Shown here piece by piece: positions 1 through 9,902 of a DNA stretch of 64,000 nt (the first letter of the stretch is position 1; each line of letters opens with the position of its first letter). Under the pieces are notes generated by a model. The model saw nothing but the letters and a program-made list of their open reading frames with translations. It had not been told where the DNA came from and ran no database searches. The stretch spans positions 1,937,776-2,001,775 of the forward strand of contig NZ_JAQNDL010000002.1 of NCBI RefSeq assembly GCF_028368995.1, read 5' to 3'. The position numbers and the translations under genes are program-made. Source of the DNA: Nannocystis bainbridge (GTDB taxonomy: Bacteria; Myxococcota_A; Polyangia; Nannocystales; Nannocystaceae).

Positions 1-873
<873 letters not shown>

Positions 874-974
874 GCCCCGGCGCAGCCCAGCCCAGGCCCG
901 CGCCCTGAGCCCGACACTCGCGGTCGGGGCCATCCAAGCACGAGCGTGCCGCGCCCTCCGGCCCACCTCGTGCC

Positions 975-1390
975 GCACCACCTGTCTCTCGGACCAGAAG
1001 GTCCACGCACCAAGAATCTGTCCCTCGGGCCAGGTCCCATCGGAGCGGGTCTCTCGGTTGGATACCGACTGACCTGCCCCGCGAGTCAGAACGTCCCACG
1101 CCGACGACCTGGCCCTCGGGACAGCCCCGGGCGTACCGCCCACTGTCCGGCCCGCAACCTATCCCTCTGGCCAGGCTCGCCCGAACTCACCTGTCCCGCG
1201 GGCCAGCCTCACCCGCGAGCTCGCCCTCCTCTGTCCCTCTATCCCTCGGGCCAGACTCACCCGCGAGCTCTACCTCACCTGTCCCTCGGGCCAGCCTCGC
1301 CCGAAATCACCTGTCCCTCGGGCCAGCCTCGCCCGCGAGCTCGACCTCCCCAGTCCCCTCGGGCCAGCCTCGCCCGTGAGCTCGACCTCC
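975..1390. repeat. Cluster of about 10 degenerate CACCTGTCCCTCGGGCCAGCC dyad repeats (CTG-N10-CAG)
   Basis: Copies near 981, 1017, 1073, 1108, 1158, 1190, 1238, 1278, 1310 and about 1351, spaced 32-56 bp. Confidence 0.85.
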
Positions 1391-1537
1391 CCGTCTCGCG
1401 CACCGGCGCCCGGACGCCTCGCGCCCCTCTCCAGGATCGCCTCACGCGCATTCGCAGACCCAGACCGCTTCGCTGAAACTCGCTTGGCGCGCCGGGCATC
1501 ATAGTGATATCATCACGACATCAATCCGGAGCCCCGC

Positions 1538-2410
1538 ATGACCTCGATCCAGCAGAAGCGCGCTTTTTCGCTCAATGGTTTCATCGCTCTCTTCGTCTGG
1601 CTGGCCCTCGCCGCGTACGGCGCCAGCATGGTCGTCGATATCGCTCAGACCCAGGATGCCGACCGCGTGTGGCAGCCGATCGTCCTCGGCCTGGCCCTCC
1701 TGCTCGCGCTCGGCGGCTTCTTCGTCAACCAGCCCAACGAGGCGCGGGTCCTGGTCTTCTTCGGCCGCTACGTCGGCACCGTCGCCAGCGCTGGTTATCA
1801 CTTCGCCAACCCGTTCGCCGCCAAGCACCCGGTCAGCTTGCGCGTCCACAACTTCAACAGCGAGAAGCTCAAGGTCAACGACGCCCGCGGCAACCCGATC
1901 GAGATCGCCGCCGTCATCGTCTGGCGCGTCACTGACAGCGCCAAGGCCTTGCTCGAGGTCGAGAACTACCGCGGCTTCGTCGCCATCCAGAGCGAGACCG
2001 CCATCCGCGCCGTCGCCACGCGCTTCCCCTACGACTCGCACGACGGCGAGGTCGCCCTGCGCAGCCACCAGGACGAGCTCAACGCCGGTCTGCAGCAGGA
2101 GGTCCAGGCCCGCCTCGACGTCGCCGGCCTCGAGGTCGTCGACTGCCGCCTCTCGCACCTCGCCTACGCCCCCGAGATCGCCCAGGCCATGCTGCGCCGC
2201 CAGCAGGCCGAGGCCGTCGTCGCCGCCCGCCGGCAGATCGTCGAGGGCGCCATCAGCATGGTCGAGATGAGCCTCCGCCGCCTCGACGAGCACGGCATCG
2301 TCCGCCTCGACGAGGAGCGCAAGGCCTCGATGGTCAACAACCTCCTGGTCGCCCTCGTCGCCGACCGCGAGGCCCAGCCGGTGATCAACACCGGCAGCCT
2401 CTACTCGTGA
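1538..2410 (+). CDS. SPFH/band-7 domain membrane protein
   Basis: Two N-terminal TM helices; [53 protein letters not shown]; C-terminal VINTGSLY; GGAG RBS upstream. Confidence 0.93.
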   Translation: MTSIQQKRAFSLNGFIALFVWLALAAYGASMVVDIAQTQDADRVWQPIVLGLALLLALGGFFVNQPNEARVLVFFGRYVGTVASAGYHFANPFAAKHPVSLRVHNFNSEKLKVNDARGNPIEIAAVIVWRVTDSAKALLEVENYRGFVAIQSETAIRAVATRFPYDSHDGEVALRSHQDELNAGLQQEVQARLDVAGLEVVDCRLSHLAYAPEIAQAMLRRQQAEAVVAARRQIVEGAISMVEMSLRRLDEHGIVRLDEERKASMVNNLLVALVADREAQPVINTGSLYS

Positions 2411-2610
2411 GCCTCCCCATGGTCGAGAAGAAGCGCTTCCTGCTGCGGATCGACCCGGAGCTCCACGCCGCCCTCGAGCGCTGGGCGGCCGACGACCTGC
2501 GCAGCATCAACGGCCAGATCGAGTTCGTCCTCAAGGAGGCGCTGCGCGCCGGCGGCCGCTTCAAGGACCGCCCGGCCGACCCCTACCGCGCCAGCGTGGA
2601 CGACGACTGA
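2407..2610 (+). CDS. Arc/ribbon-helix-helix DNA-binding protein (alternative ATG start 2419)
   Basis: KKRFLLRIDPELHAALERWAADDLRSINGQIEFVL; overlaps SPFH stop, a typical partner gene. Confidence 0.88.
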   Translation: MSLPMVEKKRFLLRIDPELHAALERWAADDLRSINGQIEFVLKEALRAGGRFKDRPADPYRASVDDD

Positions 2611-2632
2611 CGCACCGCCGGACCGCCGCGCG

Positions 2633-2700
2633 TGGCATGTCCCGAAAGACATGTCACTGCGCGCGCGGTCTGGTCTGACCTGTCCTTTCGCGCATGTCTC
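2633..2700. repeat. 14-bp-phased CATG dyads
   Basis: Cores at 2636/2650 and 2679(CCTG)/2693, between convergent genes. Confidence 0.75.
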
Positions 2701-2745
2701 CTCGCGCTCCTGCGAGCGCGACGCGCGGGGGCTGAGCGGCGCGCT

Positions 2746-3666
2746 CTACTTTCGCCCTTTGACCCCGGGATCGTCCCCCAGCGGCCCCGAGCGGACCTCG
2801 ACCGGCCCGATCCCCGCGCCTTCCAGCACCGTCCCCGGCGCCGCCGCGCTGCGGTGCACGATCGCCAGCCCGCTCGCCCCCCCGCTCGGGTCGGGCGCCC
2901 AGGTGTCCGCGCGCCCGGCCTGCGGGCGCTCGGGCGCCGCCAGCTCCACCGGTCCTTCCGGACATGTCCCGGCGTGCACCCGCACCAGCACCCGGTTGAC
3001 CTGCCCGCGCGCGTGGATGCGCGCCAGCGGCTCCTGACCCATGAAGCAGCCCTTGTCGTAGCTCACCGCCGCGACGAAGCCGACTTCGGGCGGGAACGTC
3101 CCCGCCGTGATCTCCCGGCCCCACGCCGGCGCCGCCGCCTCGATGCGCCGCGCGTCCCACGTGGTCGAGTTCGCCTCGGTCGCGTTCGCCAGCGCCGCCG
3201 CGACCGCCGCCGGCGCGCCGAACACCAGCCAGCCCGGGCCCGGGTAGAGCGTCTCCAGACACTCGATGCCGGCGCCCGCGATCGGCTCCGGCCAGATCAT
3301 TGCGAACTCGACATCATCGGCGCGCTCGAGCGCGACGTCGTCCATGATGATGTGGCGATCCAGCAGCGCGATCGCCTCGTCGGCGGCCTCCGCCGGCAGC
3401 GCCAGGTGCAGCGCACCATCGGCGCACGCCAGCACGATCGCCTCGGTGACCAGCTTGCCCTTCACCGTCAAGATCGCGGCCGGCAGCGCGTAACCCGGGC
3501 GAGCCGCCTCGACGTCGGCCGACAGGATCCCCTGGAGGAAGCGGCGCACATCGGATCCCGACAGGCGTAGCAAAATGCGACGCCCGTGCGGCAGCGCGGC
3601 GAGGCGGACATATGTCAGGCCCTGCGGGCCCGCGGACGACTGGAGCGGAGTCACGGCGGAAACCAT
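2746..3666 (-). CDS. ygfZ: YgfZ/GcvT-family folate-binding Fe-S cluster repair protein
   Basis: LSGSDVRRFLQGILSADV and the signature SYDKGCFMGQEPLAR. Confidence 0.88.
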   Translation of the reverse strand: MVSAVTPLQSSAGPQGLTYVRLAALPHGRRILLRLSGSDVRRFLQGILSADVEAARPGYALPAAILTVKGKLVTEAIVLACADGALHLALPAEAADEAIALLDRHIIMDDVALERADDVEFAMIWPEPIAGAGIECLETLYPGPGWLVFGAPAAVAAALANATEANSTTWDARRIEAAAPAWGREITAGTFPPEVGFVAAVSYDKGCFMGQEPLARIHARGQVNRVLVRVHAGTCPEGPVELAAPERPQAGRADTWAPDPSGGASGLAIVHRSAAAPGTVLEGAGIGPVEVRSGPLGDDPGVKGRK

Positions 3667-3773
3667 GGCAATTCACCCCCGTCCCGCGCAAGCGCGAGCA
3701 CACCGCGGCGAACGCACCCCGCGTTCGCGCCGTGCCCCTTGATCGCCCCGTGGCCCCCCTTTAAAAGAGTCCC

Positions 3774-5540
3774 GTGCCGCGGCCGAGCGCAGCAGGGTTT
3801 TTACGCACGCTTGTGAGCGTCCTCGTCGCGCTGGCGGTCGCGCAGCCCGTCGCCGCCGCTCCTCCCCCTGCTGCGCGCACGCCCGCTGCCCTGGCGCCCG
3901 CGCCTGTCCCTTCGACCACGTCCCAACAGACAGGTGCGAAGGGCCAGCCAGAGTCGGAGCCTGCCTCTTCGGCCATGTCCCCAAGGACAGAGCCGAAGAG
4001 CCCGCCGCCGCCCTCGCCCGAGCAGCCGTTCAACCTCCCGGTCGCCGTGCGCACCGACGCCTACGGCCCGCGCCCGTCCGGCCTGCCCGAGCTGACGCGC
4101 GAGCAGATCGTCGCCTACGGCCTGCAGAACCCGCTGGTGAAGGCCGCCGACGCGCAGATCGAGCAGATGGAGGCCACGCTCCAGCGGGCCAAGTTCTCGT
4201 GGGTCCCGGTCATCAGGACCACCACCGCGCTCGCGCCCGGCGTCTACACCCGCTGCGAAGACGTCCAGCTACAGACGACCGGCGGCGCCGACCCGGTTGA
4301 CTTCCAGTACTGCCGCCCGGCCGGCCGAAACGGCGCCTCCGACATCGTCGACGTCGACACCATCAGCGGCTACTTCCGCCAGCTCAAGGAAGCGGGCATC
4401 GCTGTCCGCTTCGGCGCCGACTTCATCATCCCGGTGTTCACCTCCGGCAAGATCAAGCACGGCAAGGAGATGGCGGCCGCCGGCGTCGCCCTGGCCCGGC
4501 TCGCCAAGGAGCGCGCGCGTCAAGAGACGGTCCTCCGCGTGTATCAGGCCCACACCGCGCTGCTGCTCGCGCGCGAGAGCCTCGCCATCCTCGACGAGGC
4601 GTGGAAGGTCGTGCAGGAGGCCAAGGGGCAGATCCTCGTCGACCTCGGCGAGGACGAGGACGCCGATCCCGACGAGAGCAACCCCGACCGCGACCCCGCC
4701 GACCTGCCGCGCGTCGAGCTCGGCGAGCTGACCCTGATGGAGCGCGCGCTCGAGGCCCGCAAGATCGAGTCGGTCGCGCTCGCCACGCTGTGGACGATCG
4801 CCGGCGAGGCCGCGCCGGTCGGCTTCGACATCGCCGAGCGCTCGCTCGTCACCGACGGCGTCGACGGCGGCCTGCGCGAGCTGCCGCATTACCGCGATCT
4901 CGGCGCGCAGCAGCGGCCCGAGGCGAAGATGGCCGCCGGCCTGGTCGAGCTGCGCAAGGCCGGCGAAAAGTTCGCGCGCTCGCAGTTCTTGCCGGACTTC
5001 GGCGTCGCGGTGTCGGTTCAGATCTCGTACATGAACCAGGCCGACCGCGACATGAAGGCGCTCTACTACTTCGACCGGTACAACTACAACCGCGTCATCT
5101 TCGCCTTCGCGATGAACTGGAACCTCGACTTCCACAACAGCTACTTCGGCCTCAAGAAGGCGCGCGCCGAGCGACGTGAGGCAGAGCACCAGCGGGAGGC
5201 CGCGCGCTACCTGCTCGCGCTCGAGGTCGAGAAGGCCTACCGCGACCTGCAGCACGCCGGTCGATCGGTCAAACTGACCGAGCAAGCCACCCGCAAGGCC
5301 AAGCAACTGGTCGTCGACCAGCAGGTCAAGCAGACCGTCGGCGGCGGCAACTTCGTCGAGCTCGAGCGGGCCTTGACCCGCTGGGCCGAGTGGCGCTTCA
5401 AGCAATTCGAGGCCATTCACGCCCACAACGTCGCCCTCGCGGCCCTCTCGCGCGCGGTCGGCTCCTCCCTGGGGGTCGCCCCCAAGGCTACGGCGGCCGC
5501 CGCGCCCCCGAACGCCATTTCCGTGACCTCAAGCCCTTGA
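3774..5540 (+). CDS. TolC-family outer membrane efflux protein (start uncertain)
   Basis: Signal-like N-terminus, Pro-rich linker, two OEP-like helical repeats (QNPLVKAA, QQRPEAK, SQFLPDF, ALAALSRAVG). Confidence 0.82.
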   Translation: MPRPSAAGFLRTLVSVLVALAVAQPVAAAPPPAARTPAALAPAPVPSTTSQQTGAKGQPESEPASSAMSPRTEPKSPPPPSPEQPFNLPVAVRTDAYGPRPSGLPELTREQIVAYGLQNPLVKAADAQIEQMEATLQRAKFSWVPVIRTTTALAPGVYTRCEDVQLQTTGGADPVDFQYCRPAGRNGASDIVDVDTISGYFRQLKEAGIAVRFGADFIIPVFTSGKIKHGKEMAAAGVALARLAKERARQETVLRVYQAHTALLLARESLAILDEAWKVVQEAKGQILVDLGEDEDADPDESNPDRDPADLPRVELGELTLMERALEARKIESVALATLWTIAGEAAPVGFDIAERSLVTDGVDGGLRELPHYRDLGAQQRPEAKMAAGLVELRKAGEKFARSQFLPDFGVAVSVQISYMNQADRDMKALYYFDRYNYNRVIFAFAMNWNLDFHNSYFGLKKARAERREAEHQREAARYLLALEVEKAYRDLQHAGRSVKLTEQATRKAKQLVVDQQVKQTVGGGNFVELERALTRWAEWRFKQFEAIHAHNVALAALSRAVGSSLGVAPKATAAAAPPNAISVTSSP

Positions 5541-5609
5541 AACTGGCTCGTAACCGGCTGAATGTCGCACTCCGGGTCGCCGTCCGAGCGCCCACCTCCG
5601 AGGCCGAAA

Positions 5610-6245
5610 ATGCCCAATTCCGCTCGTAGTCTCATCGCCGGGTTCGCGCTCTCCTTCGTCTCCGCCGTCGCCTTCCTCGGGCACGCGCCCGCCGCTGCCG
5701 CGGCGACCCCCACGGTCACCCCGTCCGCCGTGTTCAAGGAGCGCCACAGCAAGGTCCTCGAGCTGGTGAAGAAGCGCGCCGACCCCGAGACCCTCGCCAA
5801 GGAAGTCGACCAACTGCTCGACTACAAGGCCCTCGCGGAGGCCTCGCTCGGCGGCCCGGCGCGCTACGCCAACAAGTGCGCCCCGCGCTGCGCCGAGTTC
5901 GAGGCGCTGCTGACCAAGCTGATCCGCGAGAACTACCTCAAGCGGCTGCGCAGCGACAAGAAGTACGAGCTGACGATCGTCGGCGAAGAGGCCAAGGTCG
6001 GCGGTGACATGCGGGTCATCACCAACATCGCCCTGACCCGCGACGGCAAGGCCGAGGTCGTCGAGGTCGTCTACGTGATGCACGCCGTGGGCGACACCTG
6101 GAAGGTCGAAGACATCATCACCGACGGTGTCAGCCTGGCCAAGAACTACAAGTTCGAGTTCAACAAGATCATCCGCGACAAGGGCGTCGACGAGCTGATC
6201 TTGCGCCTCGACAACAAGCTGGTCGAGCTGGCCAAGAAGAACTGA
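5610..6245 (+). CDS. MlaC/Ttg2D-family lipid-binding periplasmic protein
   Basis: Signal peptide; LLDYKALAEASLG; WKVEDIITDGVSLAKNYKFEFNKII motif. Confidence 0.88.
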   Translation: MPNSARSLIAGFALSFVSAVAFLGHAPAAAAATPTVTPSAVFKERHSKVLELVKKRADPETLAKEVDQLLDYKALAEASLGGPARYANKCAPRCAEFEALLTKLIRENYLKRLRSDKKYELTIVGEEAKVGGDMRVITNIALTRDGKAEVVEVVYVMHAVGDTWKVEDIITDGVSLAKNYKFEFNKIIRDKGVDELILRLDNKLVELAKKN

Positions 6246-6307
6246 GCCGCACGCCGGTCGCCCGCTGTCCGCGGGCGCCCGGGTCCGTCTGTGTTAGCCT
6301 GGAAGTC

Positions 6308-8194
6308 GTGCCCCGCGCCGCCTTCACGTCCGGACCGAGGCGCCCCAGCCTGACGCTGGCGGCGCCTCTCCTCGTCGCGGCGCTGACCGCCTGTCCGCAG
6401 GACGAGATCGTCATCGTCGGCGAGTTCGGTCGCCCGCTCGCGCTCGGCAGCGGCGACGCGTCTCCGCTGCCGCGCCTCGTCTACCGCCCCGATGGTTGCC
6501 CCGGCGAGGCCGCGGCCGGCGGCTGCAGCTCGGTCTGCACCACCGCGCCCGAGAGCTGCCCGCCCGACGCCTGCTTCCCGCTCGTCATCGACAGCGGCAG
6601 CCCGATCACCACCCTCGTCGGCGAGGGCGAACCGGTCGCGGTGCGCAGCTGCTTCGAGGTCCGCACCGGCGAGGACGCGCTCGCCGAGGCCCCGATCGAA
6701 GGCGCGGCCGACGACGCGATCGCCCGCTTCCGCTTCGACTCGACCCCTTTCATCCGCCTGCCGTGGGCCACAGACGACGTCTCGTGGGGCTGGCAGGTCG
6801 GCGACGCCAGCGCCGCGCCGTTCGTCGGCGGCGTGCTCGGCGGCAACGTCCTGCGCCAGATGGCCGTGCGCTTCACCGACGCGCGCGGCAGCGACGGCCC
6901 GCAGATCACCTTCTACCGCGAGTTCCCCGGCGTCGAGAGCGTGCTCGCCGATCAGGGCATCGCCGCCCTCCCGCTGCAGTTCCCCGGCCTCCTGCTCGGC
7001 AAGCTGATCGACGACGTGTGCCAGCAACCCGACGGCGAGGACTGCGACCTCACCAGCTTCGGCGTGTTCGATCGCAACCGCCCCGAGAGCGCCCTGCAGT
7101 CGACCCGCATGGTCCTCGACGCCTGCCTCGGCACCCCGCCGGCCGCCGTCGTCTACAACGCCGGCAGCAACAGCTGTGAGCTGGCCTCGGGGCCAGGTAA
7201 GCCCGGCAGCTATCGCTCGCCCACCGGCGTCGCGCGGGCCGACCTCCGCTCCGGCTGCGACCTGCAGGACGTCGCGGCGAGCTCCGGCGACATCGATCAC
7301 GGCCACGACGCCTCGGTCCTGATCGCCACCGGCCTGCCTGGCCTGGTGCTGTTCGAGGACAGCGCCCAGCGCATGTTCGGCGGCCTCGATCTGCCGCCGT
7401 GCGTCGGCGACGGCGGCCTCTCGAGCGGCAGCAAGCGCGACACGCCCGCCTGTATCATGGGTCGGACGGGCCTCCTGCGCGCCCCGGGCTGGCCGCCCGC
7501 AGGCACCGCCGAGCAGCCGTTGCTCGAGCTGCGCGTTCGCAGCCTCGCCCTCGTCCCTGGTCTGACGCAGACCACCGGCCAGACCGCCTGCCAGCGGCTC
7601 GAAGTGCGCCTCCGGGCCCTGCGCTCGCAGTGCAACATCGCCGCCCGCGAGAAGGTCCCGCGCAGCGCGGCCAACGGCTGTCGCGCCGCCACCGATCGCC
7701 TGACCCCGAGCTCGGCCGGCTTCACCTCCGCCGCCGTGGTCGGCCAGGCCTTCGTCGCCAGCGACAGCCGCGTCGATCCCAGCCGGTGGATCCCGACCGT
7801 CATCGTCCCCGCCGATCACCCGCTCGTCAGCGCCGTCCGCCGCGACACCAGCCCCGAGGCGCTCCAGCTCGACGGCCTGGTCGGCACCGCCCTCCTGAGC
7901 GGCACCGACGTCGTGCTCGACTACACGGACCCGACCCCGAGCGTGCGCGTCGCCTGCAACGACCCCGACGACGGCAGCTGTCTGGCCTTGCCCGCCTGCG
8001 TCCCGCGCGAGGATCCGCGGGCGGTCGTGCCCGCCTGCTGCTACGGCCTGCCGGAGGATCTGCTGGTCAGCCTGATCCGCGACCACAGCGCCTACGGCTG
8101 CTGCGAGGCGCTCTCGCCGGCCACCATCGACGAGCTGAACAACGCCGAGGCGATCGCCGGGCGCGAGCTTCCCTGCCCCGTGCGCGGCCGCTAG
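6308..8194 (+). CDS. Cys-rich lipoprotein with two aspartyl-protease-like lobes
   Basis: Lipobox LTAC; VIDSGSPIT...GGVLGGNVL; second lobe LIATGLP...DGLVGTALL. Confidence 0.7.
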   Translation: MPRAAFTSGPRRPSLTLAAPLLVAALTACPQDEIVIVGEFGRPLALGSGDASPLPRLVYRPDGCPGEAAAGGCSSVCTTAPESCPPDACFPLVIDSGSPITTLVGEGEPVAVRSCFEVRTGEDALAEAPIEGAADDAIARFRFDSTPFIRLPWATDDVSWGWQVGDASAAPFVGGVLGGNVLRQMAVRFTDARGSDGPQITFYREFPGVESVLADQGIAALPLQFPGLLLGKLIDDVCQQPDGEDCDLTSFGVFDRNRPESALQSTRMVLDACLGTPPAAVVYNAGSNSCELASGPGKPGSYRSPTGVARADLRSGCDLQDVAASSGDIDHGHDASVLIATGLPGLVLFEDSAQRMFGGLDLPPCVGDGGLSSGSKRDTPACIMGRTGLLRAPGWPPAGTAEQPLLELRVRSLALVPGLTQTTGQTACQRLEVRLRALRSQCNIAAREKVPRSAANGCRAATDRLTPSSAGFTSAAVVGQAFVASDSRVDPSRWIPTVIVPADHPLVSAVRRDTSPEALQLDGLVGTALLSGTDVVLDYTDPTPSVRVACNDPDDGSCLALPACVPREDPRAVVPACCYGLPEDLLVSLIRDHSAYGCCEALSPATIDELNNAEAIAGRELPCPVRGR

Positions 8195-8297
8195 GAGAGG
8201 CTCGGCGCCGTTCCACAACGCGCGTTGGCGCGTGACCGCACGCTCGCCGCGGCGCGCGCCCGAGCGCGGCACGCGGCGTCGCGCTGCGTCACGTCGT

Positions 8298-9596
8298 ATG
8301 GTTCAGGTCGCCACCATGTCTCCGACCGACGCGTTCGACGCTGCCACCCTCAGCACCTACGCCTGGGCATTCGGCCAGGGCGTCCTCGTCGACCTCACGC
8401 CCTGCGTCTATCCGCTGATCCCGATCACAGTCGCCGTGTTCGGGGCCAAGGGCGTGTCACGCGGACGGGCGCTGTTCCTCGCCGCTTCCTACGTGCTCGG
8501 CATGGCCGCGCTCTACACCACGCTCGGCGTGGTCGTCGCGCTGTCCGGCGGCCAGTTCGGCGCCTGGCTCGGCGAGCCGGTGGTGGTGCTGCCGATCGTC
8601 GGCGTGCTGCTGGCGCTCGCGGCCAGCATGTTCGGCGCCTTCGACCTGCAGCTGCCGGCCGCGGTGCAGACCCGCCTCAACGCCGTCGGCGGCACCGGCC
8701 CGGTCGGCGCCTTCCTCATGGGCCTCGTCAGCGGCTTCATCTCCGCGCCGTGCACCGGCCCGGTGCTGCTGTCGCTGCTCGCCGTCATCGCCAAGGGCGC
8801 CGCCGAGGGCGACAGCCTGGCCTACGGCGCCTCGCTGCTGTTCACCTACGCGCTCGGCATGGGCACCCTGTTCTTCGCCGTGGCCCTCGGCGCCAGCCTG
8901 TTCCGCCCCGGCCGGTGGATGGAGTACGTCAAGAGCGTCTTCGGCGTGGCCCTGCTGGTGATGTCGCTGTGGTTCCTCGCCCCGCTCAGCCCCGAGCTGC
9001 GCCGCTTCCTCGCCGACCCGGTCTGGGGCGTGTGGCTCGGCCTGGGCATGGCCCTGCTCGGCCTGGCCGCCGGCGCCATCCACCTCAGCTTCTACGGCGA
9101 GCTCGGCGAGAAGCTGCGCAAGGCCGCCGCCGTCGCCGTCGCCGTCGTCGGCATCCAGGTGCTGATCAACAACACGGTCTACGTCCCGTCCGGCTCGTGG
9201 AAAGAGGTCCACACGATCGCCGAGCTCGAGGAGGCGCTCACGCGCGCCCAGGACCGCAACCTCCCGGTCGTCATCGACTTCGGCGCCACCTGGTGCGCGC
9301 CCTGCCTCGAGATGGAGAAGCTCACCTTCCATCACGAGGAGATCGAGCCGGTGCTCGAGCGCCGCTTCGAGCTGATCAAGATCGACGTCACGCAGGAGAC
9401 GCCGGAGAAGCAGACCATCAAGCGCGCGTTCGCCAGCGAGACCCTGCCGAGCGTGCTGGTGTTCCCGTCGACGGTCCGCTTCAGCGAGCACTTCGGCGCC
9501 CTGCGCAGCGGCGACGCCATGCCCGAGCCGACCCACCACCTCCACAAGTACACCCCGGCCGACCAGTTCGCCCCGCTGATCGCCGACGTGCAGTGA
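8298..9596 (+). CDS. dsbD: DsbD/CcdA-type disulfide reductase with C-terminal thioredoxin domain
   Basis: LTPCVYPLIP, SAPCTGPVL, multiple TM helices, DFGATWCAPC. Confidence 0.9.
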   Translation: MVQVATMSPTDAFDAATLSTYAWAFGQGVLVDLTPCVYPLIPITVAVFGAKGVSRGRALFLAASYVLGMAALYTTLGVVVALSGGQFGAWLGEPVVVLPIVGVLLALAASMFGAFDLQLPAAVQTRLNAVGGTGPVGAFLMGLVSGFISAPCTGPVLLSLLAVIAKGAAEGDSLAYGASLLFTYALGMGTLFFAVALGASLFRPGRWMEYVKSVFGVALLVMSLWFLAPLSPELRRFLADPVWGVWLGLGMALLGLAAGAIHLSFYGELGEKLRKAAAVAVAVVGIQVLINNTVYVPSGSWKEVHTIAELEEALTRAQDRNLPVVIDFGATWCAPCLEMEKLTFHHEEIEPVLERRFELIKIDVTQETPEKQTIKRAFASETLPSVLVFPSTVRFSEHFGALRSGDAMPEPTHHLHKYTPADQFAPLIADVQ

Positions 9597-9607
9597 GCTG
9601 ACTGCAG

Positions 9608-9795
9608 GGACATGTCCCGCGGGCCATGTCTCCTGCGCCACGGCTCATCCCCGGCTCGCAGCGCCGCCCTCGACGCGGGCAGCCGGGGTAGCGCTACGCT
9701 GACGCCTGCCCACCAGGACATGCCACAAAGGACATGTCCATGACGACATGTCCTCGAGCGCATGCCCACAAGCGCATGCCGCAAAGGACATGTCC
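9608..9795. repeat. 14-bp-phased CATG array (2 + 6 units)
   Basis: CATG at 9611, 9625; and 9719, 9733, 9747, 9761, 9775, 9789. Confidence 0.95.
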
Positions 9796-9902
9796 TCATC
9801 TTTGCCAGCGCCCGCCCCCGCGCAGCACGCCCCCGCGTGCCCCGCGTCAGTGTTCGGCCTGGTCGCGCTGACCCGGCTGCCGCTGGCGCCCCGTGCCCCG
9901 CG

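Noticed and set aside
975-1390. CRISPR array or the 176-aa ORF 946-1476 as a gene
   Set aside because: Irregular spacing with related spacers; the ORF is a Pro/Arg-rich translation of repeat DNA.
9716-9795. Match of the array unit to the p53 half-site RRRCWWGYYY
   Set aside because: The match is real at sequence level, but no p53-like protein is evident and it is probably convergence on a CATG palindrome; not claimed as homology.
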